Shown: one piece after another, positions 1-10,097 of the stretch
How positions within the stretch are numbered: the first letter of the stretch is position 1
How the letters are laid out: every line of letters begins with the position of its first letter
Source of the DNA: an uncultured Bacillota bacterium
Lineage (GTDB): Bacteria > Sysuimicrobiota > Sysuimicrobiia > Sysuimicrobiales > Segetimicrobiaceae
Reading direction: 5' to 3'
NCBI GenBank assembly: GCA_963804645.1
Contig: CAWDRG010000005.1
Location: 224,001-288,000 of the forward strand
Length of the DNA: 64,000 nucleotides
Position numbers and translations under genes: made by a program
The notes under the pieces: generated by a model
What the model was told of the DNA's origin: nothing
Seen by the model: the letters and a program-made list of their open reading frames with translations, nothing else
Database searches by the model: none

Positions 1-1030
1 GGTGCACGCCGTCCATCGAAAACGCCACGACCCCGCCGCGGTCGCCGCTCTGCGGCCCGAGCAGTTGAATCCCCGGCACCTCGCGCAGGCGCGCCATCGC
101 GTACGCGGTGATCTCGCGCTCGTGCGCCGCGACGGCCTCCATGCCGAGCCGCTCCAGGTACTCGACGGCGGCCCCGAGCGCGACCGCCCCGGCCGCGTTG
201 GGCGTCCCGGCTTCGAACTTCCAGGGCAGTTCGTTCCACGTGGCGTGATCGAGCCAGACGTCGCTGATCATTTCGCCGCCGCCGAGAAACGGCTCCATGC
301 GCTCGAGGAGGTCGCGGCGGCCCCAGAGCACGCCGATGCCCATCGGCGCCAGCATCTTGTGCCCGGTGAATCCGAAAAAGTCGCAGCCGAGCGCCTGCAC
401 GTTCACCGGCCGATGCGGCGCGCTCTGCGCGCCGTCGACCACGACGACCGCCCCCTGCGCGCGGGCCGCGCGGGCGATCTCCGCGACGGGGTTGACGGTC
501 CCCAACGTGTTGCTGATGTGGGTCACGGCCACGAGCTTCGTCCGCTCGGTCAAGAGGCGCCGGAACTCGTCCATCTCGAGCCGGCCCTCCTCATCGAAGG
601 GGACATGCCGGAGGCGCGCGCCGCGCTCCTGTGCCACAAACTGCCAGGGCACGAGGTCGCTGTGATGCTCCATCTCGGTCAGCAGGATCTCGTCGCCGGC
701 GCCGACGTGGCGCCGGCCCCACGAGTACGCGACGAGGTTCAGCGCCTCGGTGACGTTGCGCGTGAAGATGATCTCCTCCGGTCCCGCGGCGCCGATGAAC
801 CGGGCGATCGTCGCGCGGGCCGCCTCGTAGGCCTCGGTCGCGCGCTCGGCGATCGAGTACACGCCGCGGTGCACGTTGGCGTTGTACTCCTCGTAGAAGC
901 GGAGATAGGCGTCCAGCACCTGGCGCGGCTTCTGGGAGGTCGAGGCACTGTCCAGATACACGAGCGGCTTCCCGTGGACGCGCTGCGCGAGGATCGGGAA
1001 GTCATCGCGAATCGTTCGGGAGATCGCCAT
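1..1030 (-). CDS. sufS: Cysteine desulfurase SufS (3' end runs off the window)
   Basis: Manual translation from ATG at 1030 (GGAGG RBS upstream): MAISRTIRDDFPIL...VYLDSASTSQKP...NANVHRG...EHHS...DGAQ...FTGHKM...KFEAGTP. Lies in the suf operon. Confidence 0.95.
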   Translation of the reverse strand, partial: MAISRTIRDDFPILAQRVHGKPLVYLDSASTSQKPRQVLDAYLRFYEEYNANVHRGVYSIAERATEAYEAARATIARFIGAAGPEEIIFTRNVTEALNLVAYSWGRRHVGAGDEILLTEMEHHSDLVPWQFVAQERGARLRHVPFDEEGRLEMDEFRRLLTERTKLVAVTHISNTLGTVNPVAEIARAARAQGAVVVVDGAQSAPHRPVNVQALGCDFFGFTGHKMLAPMGIGVLWGRRDLLERMEPFLGGGEMISDVWLDHATWNELPWKFEAGTPNAAGAVALGAAVEYLERLGMEAVAAHEREITAYAMARLREVPGIQLLGPQSGDRGGVVAFSMDGVH

Positions 1031-1041
1031 GGCTGGGCCTC

Positions 1042-1386
1042 CTACCGCCGGTGCGGCACCCCGCTCGTCGTCTGCGCGTCGGGCGAGATCAGGACCGCGT
1101 CCCCTTCCACCCGCACCGGGTAGACCGCCACCGACCGCACCGCCGGCAGCGACAGCACCCGGCCGGTCTTCACGTTGAAGCGCGACCCGTGCTTGGGGCA
1201 CACGACGATGTCCCCGACGATGCCGCCCTCGGCCAGGGACGCGTCCTCGTGCGTGCAGGTATCGTCGATCGCGTAGAACTGCCCGTCCACGTTGGCCAGC
1301 GCCACCCGGTGCCCCTCGACGTCGACCCGCACCACCGACCCGGGCGGGACGTCCGAGGCGCGCGCCACGCGCACAAACTCGCTCAC
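1042..1386 (-). CDS. Rieske [2Fe-2S] ferredoxin (suf-associated)
   Basis: C-terminal part of ORF 1042..2631: VSEFVRVA...CTHE...CPKHGSRF (CxH...CxxH). GTG start overlaps the sufD stop (GTGA). Confidence 0.92.
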   Translation of the reverse strand: MSEFVRVARASDVPPGSVVRVDVEGHRVALANVDGQFYAIDDTCTHEDASLAEGGIVGDIVVCPKHGSRFNVKTGRVLSLPAVRSVAVYPVRVEGDAVLISPDAQTTSGVPHRR

Positions 1387-2714
1387 ACGTAGTCCCCCAT
1401 TTTCTGCTCGATCGCGCGGGAGAGCCGCTCGCGGATCATCTCGAGCGGGATCCGGTCGAAGATCTCCGCGAAAAACCCGTCGACCATCATGCGCACCGCC
1501 GCGGCGCGCCGGAGCCCGCGGCTCATCAGATAGAAGATCTGCTCCTCGTTGAGTCGGCTCGTGCTCGCGCCGTGCGTGCAGCGGAGGTCGTTCGCGAGGA
1601 TCTCGAGCTTCGGCATGCTGTCCGCGCGGGCGCCCTCCGAGAGGATCAGGTTGCGGTTCAGCTGGAACGCGTTGGTCTTCTGGGCCCCCGCGTCCGCGCG
1701 AATCAGGCCCGAGAACACGGACCGGGCTTTGTCCTTCAGGGCGCCCTTGTACAGGAGATCGCTCGTGGTGCTCGGCGCCGCGTGCTCCTGCAGCGTGTGA
1801 TAGTCGAAGTGCTGGGTCCCGTCCCCGAACTGCACCCCGAGCATCTCCGAGGTGCCCCCCGGGGCGGCGAGCCGCGATTCGACGTTGGTCTTCACGAGCC
1901 CGGCCCCGAACGCCACCATCAGGCTGTTGACCGTCGCGTCGCGCTCGACGACCGTCCGCACCATCCCGGTCTCCCAGACGTTGCGGCCCCAATCCTCCAG
2001 GTTCACGTAGCGCAGCTGGGCCCCGGCCTTGGGAATCAGCTCCACGACGGGATTGACGAGCGTGCGCGCGCGCCCCTCCGTGGACTGGGACAGCTCGACG
2101 AGCGTGACCCGGCTCCGCGCGCCGGCGACGACGAGCGTGTGGGGCGAATACAGCACGCCGTCGCGGTCCAGGTGGGTCGCGGTCACGAGCGGCAGATCGA
2201 CCTCGACATCGTCCGGCACATACAGAAACGTCCCCCCGGCCCACAGCGCCCCGTGCAGCGCCCGATACTTGTTCTCGTCGTCCCGGACGATGCTGCCGAA
2301 ATGCGGCCGGACGAGGTCGCCGTGCGAGCGCACCGCGTCGGCGAGCGACGTGAACACGATCCCCTGCGCCGCGAGCTCGGGCGCCACGCGCGCCTGCACC
2401 TCGATGCCGTTCACGACAAACCGGATCGCGGAGGCCCCGAGCGGATCGCCCACGAGCCGCAGCAGCGCCTCGGGGGGCTTCTCCCGCCGCGGCGCGCCGC
2501 CGCCCAGCGGCACGAGCGCGTCGAGGTCGAGCGCGCTCAGGTCCGTCCGCCGCCACTCCTCGTCGGCCGACGGCGGCAGCGGCAGGCGGAGGAACGCCTC
2601 CCACGCCGCGGCACGGCGCTCGCGCAGCCACCCCGGCTCATGGGCCTCCGCCGAGCGCTGCTCGACGACCTCCCGGCTGAGCGTGCTGTTGGTCACCTGA
2701 TGCGGATCGCTCAC
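1383..2714 (-). CDS. sufD: Fe-S cluster assembly protein SufD
   Basis: EEWRRTD N-terminal motif; C-terminal KLEILANDLRCTHGAS...FYLMSRG. Confidence 0.93.
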   Translation of the reverse strand: MSDPHQVTNSTLSREVVEQRSAEAHEPGWLRERRAAAWEAFLRLPLPPSADEEWRRTDLSALDLDALVPLGGGAPRREKPPEALLRLVGDPLGASAIRFVVNGIEVQARVAPELAAQGIVFTSLADAVRSHGDLVRPHFGSIVRDDENKYRALHGALWAGGTFLYVPDDVEVDLPLVTATHLDRDGVLYSPHTLVVAGARSRVTLVELSQSTEGRARTLVNPVVELIPKAGAQLRYVNLEDWGRNVWETGMVRTVVERDATVNSLMVAFGAGLVKTNVESRLAAPGGTSEMLGVQFGDGTQHFDYHTLQEHAAPSTTSDLLYKGALKDKARSVFSGLIRADAGAQKTNAFQLNRNLILSEGARADSMPKLEILANDLRCTHGASTSRLNEEQIFYLMSRGLRRAAAVRMMVDGFFAEIFDRIPLEMIRERLSRAIEQKMGDYV

Positions 2715-2777
2715 GTGTCCCCTCCGTCCCGTGTGGCCGCGCGCACCACGAGGTGGCTGCGCCGCGGACCGACGGTC

Positions 2778-2809
2778 GGGGAGGGCAGGGCGGACGCCCT
2801 GCCCTCCCC
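2778..2809. other. Strong intergenic hairpin between sufB and sufD
   Basis: GGGGAGGGCAGGGCG-GA-CGCCCTGCCCTCCCC perfect inverted repeat with no U-tract; more likely an mRNA stabiliser than a terminator. Confidence 0.6.
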
Positions 2810-2866
2810 ATCGCCTTCACCGTCGTGTCGCCGCGCGTACGGGCGCGGCCGCCCGGGGGCGCGGTC

Positions 2867-4276
2867 CTAGCCGACCGAGCCCTCCATCTCAAGCTGGATC
2901 AGGCGGTTGAGCTCGACGCTGTACTCCATCGGCAGCTCGCGGGAAATCGGCTCGATGAAACCGCGCACGATCATGCTCATCGCCTCGTCCTGATTGATAC
3001 CGCGGCTCATCAGGTAGAACAGCTGCTCGTCGGAGACCTTGGACACCGTCGCCTCGTGCGTCACCTGCACGTCGTCCTCGTCGATCTCCATGGTCGGGTA
3101 CGTGTCGGACCGCGACTGATCGTCCAAGATCAGCGCGTCGCAGCGCACCGCGCACTTGCTCCCGTGGGCGCCCGGATACACCTTCACGAGGCCCCGATAG
3201 CCCGCTCGGCCGCCCGACTTGCTGATCGACTTGCTGACGACCGACGACTGGGTGTGCGGGGCGGCGTGGATCACCTTGCCGCCGGGATCCTGGTGCTGTC
3301 CCGCGCCGGCAAACGCGATCGACAGGATCTCCGCCTTGGCGCCCGGTTCCAGCATGTACACGCTGGGGTACTTCATCGTGAGCTTGCTGCCGAGGTTGCC
3401 GTCCACCCACTCCATCGTCGCGTCGCGATACGCCACCGCGCGCTTGGTCACGAGGTTGTACACGTTCTTCGACCAGTTCTGGATCGTCGTGTACCGGACG
3501 CGGGCGCCTTCCTTGACGATGATCTCCACCACGGCGCTGTGCAGCGAGTCGCTGGTGTAGGTCGGCGCGGTGCAGCCCTCGACGTAATGGACGTGCGAGC
3601 CGCGCTCGGCAATGATCAGCGTGCGCTCGAACTGCCCCATGTTCTGCGCGTTGATCCGGAAGTACGCCTGCAGCGGCACCGTGACGTGGACGCCCTCCGG
3701 CACATACACGAATGAGCCGCCGCTCCACGCCGCGCTGTTGAGCGCCGCGAACTTGTTGTCCTCCGGGGGCACGACGGTCCCGAAGTACTCCTTCACGATA
3801 TCCGGATATTCGCGCAGCGCGGAGTCCATGTCGAGGAAGACCACGCCCAGCTTCGTCCACTCCTCGCGGAGGCTGTGGTACACGACCTCGCTCTCGTACT
3901 GCGCGCCGACCCCGGCGAGGTATTTCTTCTCGGCCTCCGGGATGCCCAGGCGGTCGAACGTGCGCTTGATGTCCGGCGACACGTCGTCCCACGTCTTCCC
4001 CTGGTTCTCCATCGGCTTCATGTAGTAGTAGATGTCATCGAAATTGATCTCGCCCACGTTCCCGCCCCACGTCGGCATCGGCTTCTTGTCGAAGACGCCG
4101 AGCGAGTGGAGCCGGTAGGCCCGCATCCAGTCGGGCTCGCTCTTCATGTGGGAGATCTGCTCGATCACCCCGCGGTTCAGCCCCTTTTGGGCCTTGAACG
4201 CATAGGTGTCGTCACGGTCGTGGAACCCGTACTTGTACTGATCGAGATCGATGCCGAGCGGATTCACGACAGCCAC
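2867..4276 (-). CDS. sufB: Fe-S cluster assembly protein SufB
   Basis: [52 protein letters not shown]. Confidence 0.97.
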   Translation of the reverse strand: MAVVNPLGIDLDQYKYGFHDRDDTYAFKAQKGLNRGVIEQISHMKSEPDWMRAYRLHSLGVFDKKPMPTWGGNVGEINFDDIYYYMKPMENQGKTWDDVSPDIKRTFDRLGIPEAEKKYLAGVGAQYESEVVYHSLREEWTKLGVVFLDMDSALREYPDIVKEYFGTVVPPEDNKFAALNSAAWSGGSFVYVPEGVHVTVPLQAYFRINAQNMGQFERTLIIAERGSHVHYVEGCTAPTYTSDSLHSAVVEIIVKEGARVRYTTIQNWSKNVYNLVTKRAVAYRDATMEWVDGNLGSKLTMKYPSVYMLEPGAKAEILSIAFAGAGQHQDPGGKVIHAAPHTQSSVVSKSISKSGGRAGYRGLVKVYPGAHGSKCAVRCDALILDDQSRSDTYPTMEIDEDDVQVTHEATVSKVSDEQLFYLMSRGINQDEAMSMIVRGFIEPISRELPMEYSVELNRLIQLEMEGSVG

Positions 4277-4304
4277 GGGCAGCCCCTCCTCTTAGTGCCT
4301 CACC

Positions 4305-5141
4305 TTAGTGCCTCACCCAGAACACCTTGCCGGCGCTCCGCACTTCGCCCTCGCCGACGACCTCCGCGGCCACACGCTCATACTGCGCCCGGATGCCGTC
4401 GTACCCGATCTGATCGAGCTCGTCCGCGAGATCCTTTTCCCCCGAGGTCACGATCCGCCCGTCGAACATCACGTGCACCCGGGTCGGATGGATGTACTTG
4501 AGGATGCGCGGGTAGTGCGTGATCACCAAGGCGCCCATCTTCCGGCCGGACGCCTCGTACATCTGGTTCACGCCGGCCGCCACGATCTTCACCGCGTCGA
4601 CGTCGAGCCCCGAGTCGGTCTCATCCATGATCGCGATCTCCGGCTCGAGGAGGGCCATCTGCAGGATCTCGGCCCGCTTCTTCTCGCCGCCGCTGAACCC
4701 CTCATTCACGTAGCGGCCGAGGACCGACGGATCCACCTGCAGCTCCGCCACCTTGGCGCGGATCAACTTCTGGAATTCCGCGAGGCTCATCAGCTGATCC
4801 TTGTCGAACCCGCGCCGCGCGCTGACGGCCGTTCGCAGGAAGCTGGCCATCGTCACGCCGGGGATCGTCACCGGGTACTGGAACGCGATAAAGAGGCCCT
4901 TGCGGGCCCGCTCGTCGGGCGCCATGGCCACGAGATCCTCGCCCTTGTACAGGATCTCGCCCTTGATCACCTGATAGAACGGGTTGCCCATCAGCACGTT
5001 GGCGAGCGTGCTCTTTCCGGAACCGTTCGGCCCCATCAGCGCATGGATCTCGCCGGTCCGGACCTCCAGATTGGCCCCTTTGAGGATGACCTTGTCCTCC
5101 ACCTGCGCCCACAGATCCTTGATCACGAGTTCGGCGCTCAT
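4305..5141 (-). CDS. sufC: Fe-S cluster assembly ATPase SufC
   Basis: GPNGSGKST, FQYP, NEGFSGGEKKR, DETDSGLD. ATG at 5141 follows a GGAGG RBS. Confidence 0.96.
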   Translation of the reverse strand: MSAELVIKDLWAQVEDKVILKGANLEVRTGEIHALMGPNGSGKSTLANVLMGNPFYQVIKGEILYKGEDLVAMAPDERARKGLFIAFQYPVTIPGVTMASFLRTAVSARRGFDKDQLMSLAEFQKLIRAKVAELQVDPSVLGRYVNEGFSGGEKKRAEILQMALLEPEIAIMDETDSGLDVDAVKIVAAGVNQMYEASGRKMGALVITHYPRILKYIHPTRVHVMFDGRIVTSGEKDLADELDQIGYDGIRAQYERVAAEVVGEGEVRSAGKVFWVRH

Positions 5142-5230
5142 CCGTCCCTCCGCCTGAAGACCCGCTCGGACCGGGCCGGGACACCCCTTACCAGGCACCC
5201 CGGCTCAGGCACCCGACGCCTTGCTGCGGG

Positions 5231-5295
5231 ATTGTCGAGTAACCTAGTCATGTTTCCTGAATTCGAGTATAGCGACCGGTGTCCTGGATTGTCAA
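5231..5295 (-). promoter_or_regulatory. sigma70-type suf promoter plus IscR/Rrf2-like operator
   Basis: Minus strand TTGACA (5295-5290)-N18-TATACT (5271-5266). Downstream AAACATGACTAGGTTACTCGACAAT (5255-5231) resembles type-1 IscR boxes. Confidence 0.65.
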
Positions 5296-5403
5296 TCGAA
5301 GGGTTGCCTAACTTATCGTCTCCCGCGCCCGAGAGGCGCGTCGCGCCGGTGCGGCGAACCCGACACGGTCGAACGGCGGCACCACCACGGCACGGGAGGG
5401 CAC

Positions 5404-6225
5404 ATGGCGACTGACACGAGCACACTGCTGAGCACCGCGGTCGGGCGGCGGGTGTACGACCTCGAGCAGCCGCGCACGAGCCGCATGCCGATCCACCCGA
5501 ACCATCGGCCGGGGTACTTTTATCATCTGCATCGGCGCCACCGCGACGGCTACGACCCGGAGCATCTGGGCCCTCGCAGCGGGGCCTCCGGCACGCTGCT
5601 CATGATGGAGCACTCCGGCACGCACATCGACGCGCTCTCGCACCAGGCGGCGAATCTCACGCTCTACGGCGGGATCGAGGTCACCCCGAGCATCGAGACC
5701 GCGGCCGGATTCACCGCGCACGGCATCGAGACGATGGCGCCCATCGTCGCGCGCGGGGTGCTGCTCGACGTCGCCGCCACGCGCGGCGCAGATCCGCTCC
5801 CGCCCCACTACCGGATCACCGCCGACGATCTTGAGGCTGCGTCGAGCCGGGCCGGCGTGGCCGTGCGGCCGGGGGACGCTCTGCTCGTCCGCACCGGGTA
5901 TGCCAAACTCTGGGGCGACGAAGCGCGGTATCTCGCGGCCGCGGGCGTCAGCCGCGAGGGATCCCTCTGGGCCGCGCATCACCAGGTCGCGTATGTCGGG
6001 TGCGACAACATGGCCTGGGACGAGCCCGACGAGCGCGATCCCGACACGGGCGCCACGCTGTTCGGTCACCTGCACCTGCTGGCGCGATGCGGGATTCCGA
6101 TCATCGAAAATGTGACCCTGGAGGAATTGAGCCGGGACGGCCGCGCAGAGTTTCTCTTCGTGTGCCTGCCCCTGAAGTTCGTCGGCGCCACCGGCTCGCC
6201 GGTGCGGCCGATCGCGATCGCCTAG
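5404..6225 (+). CDS. Cyclase family metal-dependent hydrolase (kynurenine formamidase-like)
   Basis: HSGTHIDALSH motif, GDALLVRTG, IIEN, C-terminal GATGSPVRPIA. Confidence 0.9.
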   Translation: MATDTSTLLSTAVGRRVYDLEQPRTSRMPIHPNHRPGYFYHLHRRHRDGYDPEHLGPRSGASGTLLMMEHSGTHIDALSHQAANLTLYGGIEVTPSIETAAGFTAHGIETMAPIVARGVLLDVAATRGADPLPPHYRITADDLEAASSRAGVAVRPGDALLVRTGYAKLWGDEARYLAAAGVSREGSLWAAHHQVAYVGCDNMAWDEPDERDPDTGATLFGHLHLLARCGIPIIENVTLEELSRDGRAEFLFVCLPLKFVGATGSPVRPIAIA

Positions 6226-6812
6226 GACGGACGCGATCCCCGAAGGCCGTCAACCGGCGCGCCCTCGATCGGCCACTCCGTGATATCGAACAGCGCGTCA
6301 AAGCCGTAGCCGGCGCTGATGATCCCTTCCCGGCCGCCCTCGTGCCGGTCGACCACGGCGAGAATCAGGGGGACGCGGGCTCCGGCCGCTTCCGCGACCC
6401 GGGCCGCCCGCAGCGCCTGCCCGCCCGTCGTCACCACGTCTTCCAGCACGACGGCTCGATCGCCGGCGTCGAGCTGCCCCTCCACCGTCCGCGCGGTGCC
6501 GTGGTCCTTGGCCTCCGGCCGCACAATCGCGAAGGGAATGCCGGTCTCCAAGGAGAGGGCGGTCGCCAGCGGTACGCCGCCGAGCGCCGGCCCGACCAAA
6601 CGGTTCACGTCGGCCGGAAGCGCCCGGGCGAGCAGGCGCGCGATGTCACGGAGCAGGTGGGGGTCGGTCTCGAATCGATACTTGTCGATGTAATAGGTGC
6701 TGCGGCGTCCGGAGCTCAGGGTAAACTCTCCCCGGAGAAAGGCGGCCCGCACGAGCCGCGCCCACGTGCGTTCGCGCAGCCGCTGCAGCAGGTCGTCTGG
6801 GATCCGCTCCAT
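6222..6812 (-). CDS. pyrE: Orotate phosphoribosyltransferase
   Basis: GEFTLSSGRRSTYYIDK, KDHGT, PRPP-binding VVLEDVVTTGGQ. Confidence 0.88.
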   Translation of the reverse strand: MERIPDDLLQRLRERTWARLVRAAFLRGEFTLSSGRRSTYYIDKYRFETDPHLLRDIARLLARALPADVNRLVGPALGGVPLATALSLETGIPFAIVRPEAKDHGTARTVEGQLDAGDRAVVLEDVVTTGGQALRAARVAEAAGARVPLILAVVDRHEGGREGIISAGYGFDALFDITEWPIEGAPVDGLRGSRPS

Positions 6813-6817
6813 CGATC

Positions 6818-7450
6818 CTAGCGCGGGGCCGCCGGCGACCCGACGAGGCCGACGCTCGAGAGCAGCAGCTTCGTGAGCGGGGCGATGACGTCTTCGAGCG
6901 GGTTGGGTTTGCCGGTATTGAGCCAGCGCACCACCACTTCTCCGATGGCACCGATCCACACGTACGCGGCCATCTCCGTGTCCTGCTCGGCGATCTTGCC
7001 GTCTTGGACGGCCCGATCCAGGTAGCCCCGGAGCACCTCGACCAGCATCGTCTTGAGCGCGATCCGCTTCCCCTGAAACTCGGCTCCGGCGGCGGGCCAG
7101 TCGATCAGCACGATCGTCGCCAGGGCGCGGTGGGCCTGGAAGTGGCGAAGCAGCGCCGCGACCGCGGCCTCGACCTGTGCGACCAATCCGCGCCCCCGTC
7201 CCATGCCGAGCTGAAGTTCCTGCGCCACCGAGGCCGCGTACTCGTCGACGAGGGAGACGAAGATCTCTTCCTTGGTATCGAAATAAAAGTAGACGGCCCC
7301 CTTAGAGGTGCCGGAGGCCTTGACGATATCATCGACGACCGATCGATAGAACCCCTTCTCGGAAAAAACCTGTTCGGCGGAAGCGAGGATTCTTCGACGT
7401 GTATCTTCACGTTGCGAGACCCTGCTCGCTCGGTCGACCGTCGTCGCCAT
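6818..7450 (-). CDS. TetR/AcrR family transcriptional regulator
   Basis: N-terminal HTH (ILASAEQVFSEKGF...SKGAVYFYFDTKEEIF). Confidence 0.92.
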   Translation of the reverse strand: MATTVDRASRVSQREDTRRRILASAEQVFSEKGFYRSVVDDIVKASGTSKGAVYFYFDTKEEIFVSLVDEYAASVAQELQLGMGRGRGLVAQVEAAVAALLRHFQAHRALATIVLIDWPAAGAEFQGKRIALKTMLVEVLRGYLDRAVQDGKIAEQDTEMAAYVWIGAIGEVVVRWLNTGKPNPLEDVIAPLTKLLLSSVGLVGSPAAPR

Positions 7451-7473
7451 CAGTCTCAGTCCCCCCCAATCCA

Positions 7474-7529
7474 AGACTGACCAGTCAGTCTCTCGCCTGA
7501 GTATAGGATCAGTTGAATGACGATGTCAA
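7474..7529 (-). promoter_or_regulatory. TetR gene promoter with palindromic operator
   Basis: TTGACA (7529-7524)-N18-TATACT (7505-7500). Perfect palindrome AGACTGAC-CA-GTCAGTCT at 7474-7491 in the 5' leader. Confidence 0.75.
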
Positions 7530-7610
7530 ACCGTTACATGTCATAGTATCGAACGTACGATCGATAATGGAATGCATGTGCGAACGAGAGATTGGGTGCC
7601 GGGAAGAGCC

Positions 7611-7976
7611 TCAGGAGCCCATCTCGCGCTCTAACAACTCCATCTGGGCATCGCTCAGTCCGAAGTGGTGCCCCACCTCATGCACCACCGTGAGGCGCAC
7701 CTCGCGCAGCACGTCCTCGTTCGTGTGGCAGATCGCCTCGATATTGTCCTGGTAGATGATGATGATTTCCGGCAGCTCGTACGCGGTGAACGACGACTGT
7801 TCGAACTCGGTCGCGCCGTGGTAGAGACCGAGGATGTCTCCGCCCAGTTCGGCCGCGACCTCGCGGGAAGGACGCGCCTCAACGAGCACGGCGACGTTGC
7901 GGAGGCGCGCGGCGAACGCCGGGGGCAGCCCCTCAAGCGCCTGGGCGACGAGCCGCTCAAATGCGGCGCGCCGCAC
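7611..7976 (-). CDS. Minimal zincin-like metallopeptidase (DUF1025-type)
   Basis: LGLYHG...VVHEVGHHFGLSD (HExxH). Confidence 0.88.
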   Translation of the reverse strand: MRRAAFERLVAQALEGLPPAFAARLRNVAVLVEARPSREVAAELGGDILGLYHGATEFEQSSFTAYELPEIIIIYQDNIEAICHTNEDVLREVRLTVVHEVGHHFGLSDAQMELLEREMGS

Positions 7977-7999
7977 GAGCGGTCGCTCCCGGCCGCATC

Positions 8000-8281
8000 C
8001 TACGCCTGTTCCGCCAGGTGCTGGCGGATCAGCGCCTCCGCCTGCGGCACCACGGCGTTCCAGTCTGTGCCTTCCATCCTGGTAATGGTAATGAAATCAT
8101 TCAGCAGAAAGACCTGCCGGACGCCGTCGATGCCGAGCAAGTCCTTCGCGAGGGGCGATGCCGCGGTCGCGGCATCGGTAAACGTCTGGCTCCGCCCCTC
8201 GGTCATCCGTCGATTCACCACGAACTTGAGGGCGTTCACGTTGGGCGTCTGCTGTACGGTCACGGTCAGTGTCGCGGCCAC
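8000..8281 (-). CDS. Stand-alone NifU/Nfu N-terminal domain protein
   Basis: QQTPNVNALKF...SPLAKDLLGIDGVRQVFLLNDFITITR...W. Confidence 0.85.
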   Translation of the reverse strand: MAATLTVTVQQTPNVNALKFVVNRRMTEGRSQTFTDAATAASPLAKDLLGIDGVRQVFLLNDFITITRMEGTDWNAVVPQAEALIRQHLAEQA

Positions 8282-8311
8282 ATCTGCCTCCCGGAAACTC
8301 TGTGTATCTGT

Positions 8312-10087
8312 TTAGTGGTCTCCGCTGCCAGGCGGAGCCGCGCGCTCTAGCACCGGCGGGTTCGACGGGGACACGGTGGTGCCCGACGGCGGCGCGGCGG
8401 CCCCGGGACGCTCGGACGACTGCGGCTGGGGCGCCGGGGCGGGAGGCTGCGTGGGGGCCGGCGAGTCCACGCTCGGGTTCGTCCCCGACGCCGCGGCGGG
8501 CGGTGCCCCGAGCGGCGGTCCCTGGCTCACGAGCACATCCACCGCGCCGTTCGCCCCAAGGCTCGTTCCGGGGGCCTCAAACTGGTAGATGACGTTGCCC
8601 GCCGGGACCTGGTCGTCGCGCGAATAATTCACGGCGCCGAGCCGCAGCCCCGCGGCCTCGAGCAGCTGCGCCGCCTGCGCCACGGGCTTCCCTTCGACGG
8701 CGGGCACGGTCCCCGAGCCCTCGCTGACGGTCAGCTCGATGATCGTTCCTTTGATCGCCTCTCGTCCGGGCGGAGGATTCTGGTCGATGATCGCGCCGAA
8801 CGGCACGCGGGGATCCTGCCGCTGTCCCGTGACCTTGACGCCCAGATTGAGCGGCAGCACGGCACTCCCCGCGTCCTGCACGGTCTCGCCGATAAGGGAC
8901 GGCACGACGGAATGCGCCCCGAACCACGCCTGCCGATACGCGAACCCGAGGGCCGCGCCGACGGCGAGCACGGCCGCAGCGATCGCCACGGCCCGCGCCC
9001 ACGTACGACCCTCGCGCGTCCAGCGCCGCGTGTCCGCGGGCCCGGCAGTGCCGCGGGACGGCTCGGCCGCTGCCGGATCGACCTCCGGCATCTTCCCGGT
9101 CTCCCCCGGTGCCGCCGCAATCAGCCGCACGGTCGCGCCGTCGCGGCCCGTTTCCACCCCGGGGGGCGGCGGGGCGCCCGCCGCCTCCAGCACCGCGGTT
9201 TCATCGGGGTGATCGGCGGCATGGGCGAGCAGATCGGCGGCCGCCGACAGCGCCGCCGCGGCGGCCGCGGCCGTGGGAAACCGATCGTCGGGCCGCTTCT
9301 GCAGCAGCCGGTTCACGATCTCCACCGTGCGCGAAGAGAGATCGGCGCGCAGGTGCGCGATGTCCGGCACCGTATCGCGAACGTGCCGCAGGGCGACCGC
9401 CACCGGGGTATCCCCATCAAACGGCACACGCCCGGTAAGCAGCTCAAACAGCACCACGCCCAGCGCGTATTGGTCCGCCGCCGGGCCCGCGGCCTCTCCG
9501 CGGGCCTGCTCGGGCGCGAGATACTGCGCGGAGCCCAGCACGCTCCCGACCGACGTCAGGCTGGTCTCATCGAGGACGCGGGCGATCCCGAAATCGGCGA
9601 CCTTCACATGATGCGCGTCGGTGAGCAGGATGTTGTGGGGTTTGATGTCGCGGTGCACCACCCCCTGGCCGTGCGCGTACGCCAGCGCCTCGGCGACTTC
9701 CGCCGCGAGGCGCAGCGCGTCCGCCTCTCCGAGCGGGCCGTGCTGGCGGAGCAGATCGCGCACGGTCCCGCCCGAGACATACTCCATCGCGATGAACGGC
9801 GAGGGACCGTCGTCGCCGCAGTCGTACACCGTCACGATGCGCTCGTGCGTCAGGCTCATGACGGCCGAGGCCTCGCGCCGGAAGCGGTGCCGGATCTCCT
9901 CGTCGCGCGCCAACGGCTCCCCGAGCAGCTTGACGGCGCACACGGTATTGCGCTCGCGATCCCACGCGCGGTACACCGTCGCCATCCCGCCGCTGCCGAG
10001 GAGGTCGCCGAGCGCAAATCGCCCGCCCGATGGGCGAGGGGTGCCCGAATCGGCCGGGTGCAGGCGGGGCTGCTCGGGGTCGATCAC
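8312..10087 (-). CDS. pknB: Hanks-type Ser/Thr kinase with TM helix and two PASTA domains (PknB/PrkC-like)
   Basis: GSGGMATVY, HRDIKPHN, DFGIAR, YLAPEQ; TM helix followed by VVPSLIG and TVPAVEG PASTA repeats. Confidence 0.9.
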   Translation of the reverse strand: MIDPEQPRLHPADSGTPRPSGGRFALGDLLGSGGMATVYRAWDRERNTVCAVKLLGEPLARDEEIRHRFRREASAVMSLTHERIVTVYDCGDDGPSPFIAMEYVSGGTVRDLLRQHGPLGEADALRLAAEVAEALAYAHGQGVVHRDIKPHNILLTDAHHVKVADFGIARVLDETSLTSVGSVLGSAQYLAPEQARGEAAGPAADQYALGVVLFELLTGRVPFDGDTPVAVALRHVRDTVPDIAHLRADLSSRTVEIVNRLLQKRPDDRFPTAAAAAAALSAAADLLAHAADHPDETAVLEAAGAPPPPGVETGRDGATVRLIAAAPGETGKMPEVDPAAAEPSRGTAGPADTRRWTREGRTWARAVAIAAAVLAVGAALGFAYRQAWFGAHSVVPSLIGETVQDAGSAVLPLNLGVKVTGQRQDPRVPFGAIIDQNPPPGREAIKGTIIELTVSEGSGTVPAVEGKPVAQAAQLLEAAGLRLGAVNYSRDDQVPAGNVIYQFEAPGTSLGANGAVDVLVSQGPPLGAPPAAASGTNPSVDSPAPTQPPAPAPQPQSSERPGAAAPPSGTTVSPSNPPVLERAAPPGSGDH

Positions 10088-10097
10088 GTGCTCGGCG

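Noticed and set aside
1042..2631. 529-aa ORF ending in a Rieske domain
   Set aside because: Only the last 114 codons are real; the upstream part is an alternative frame over sufD.
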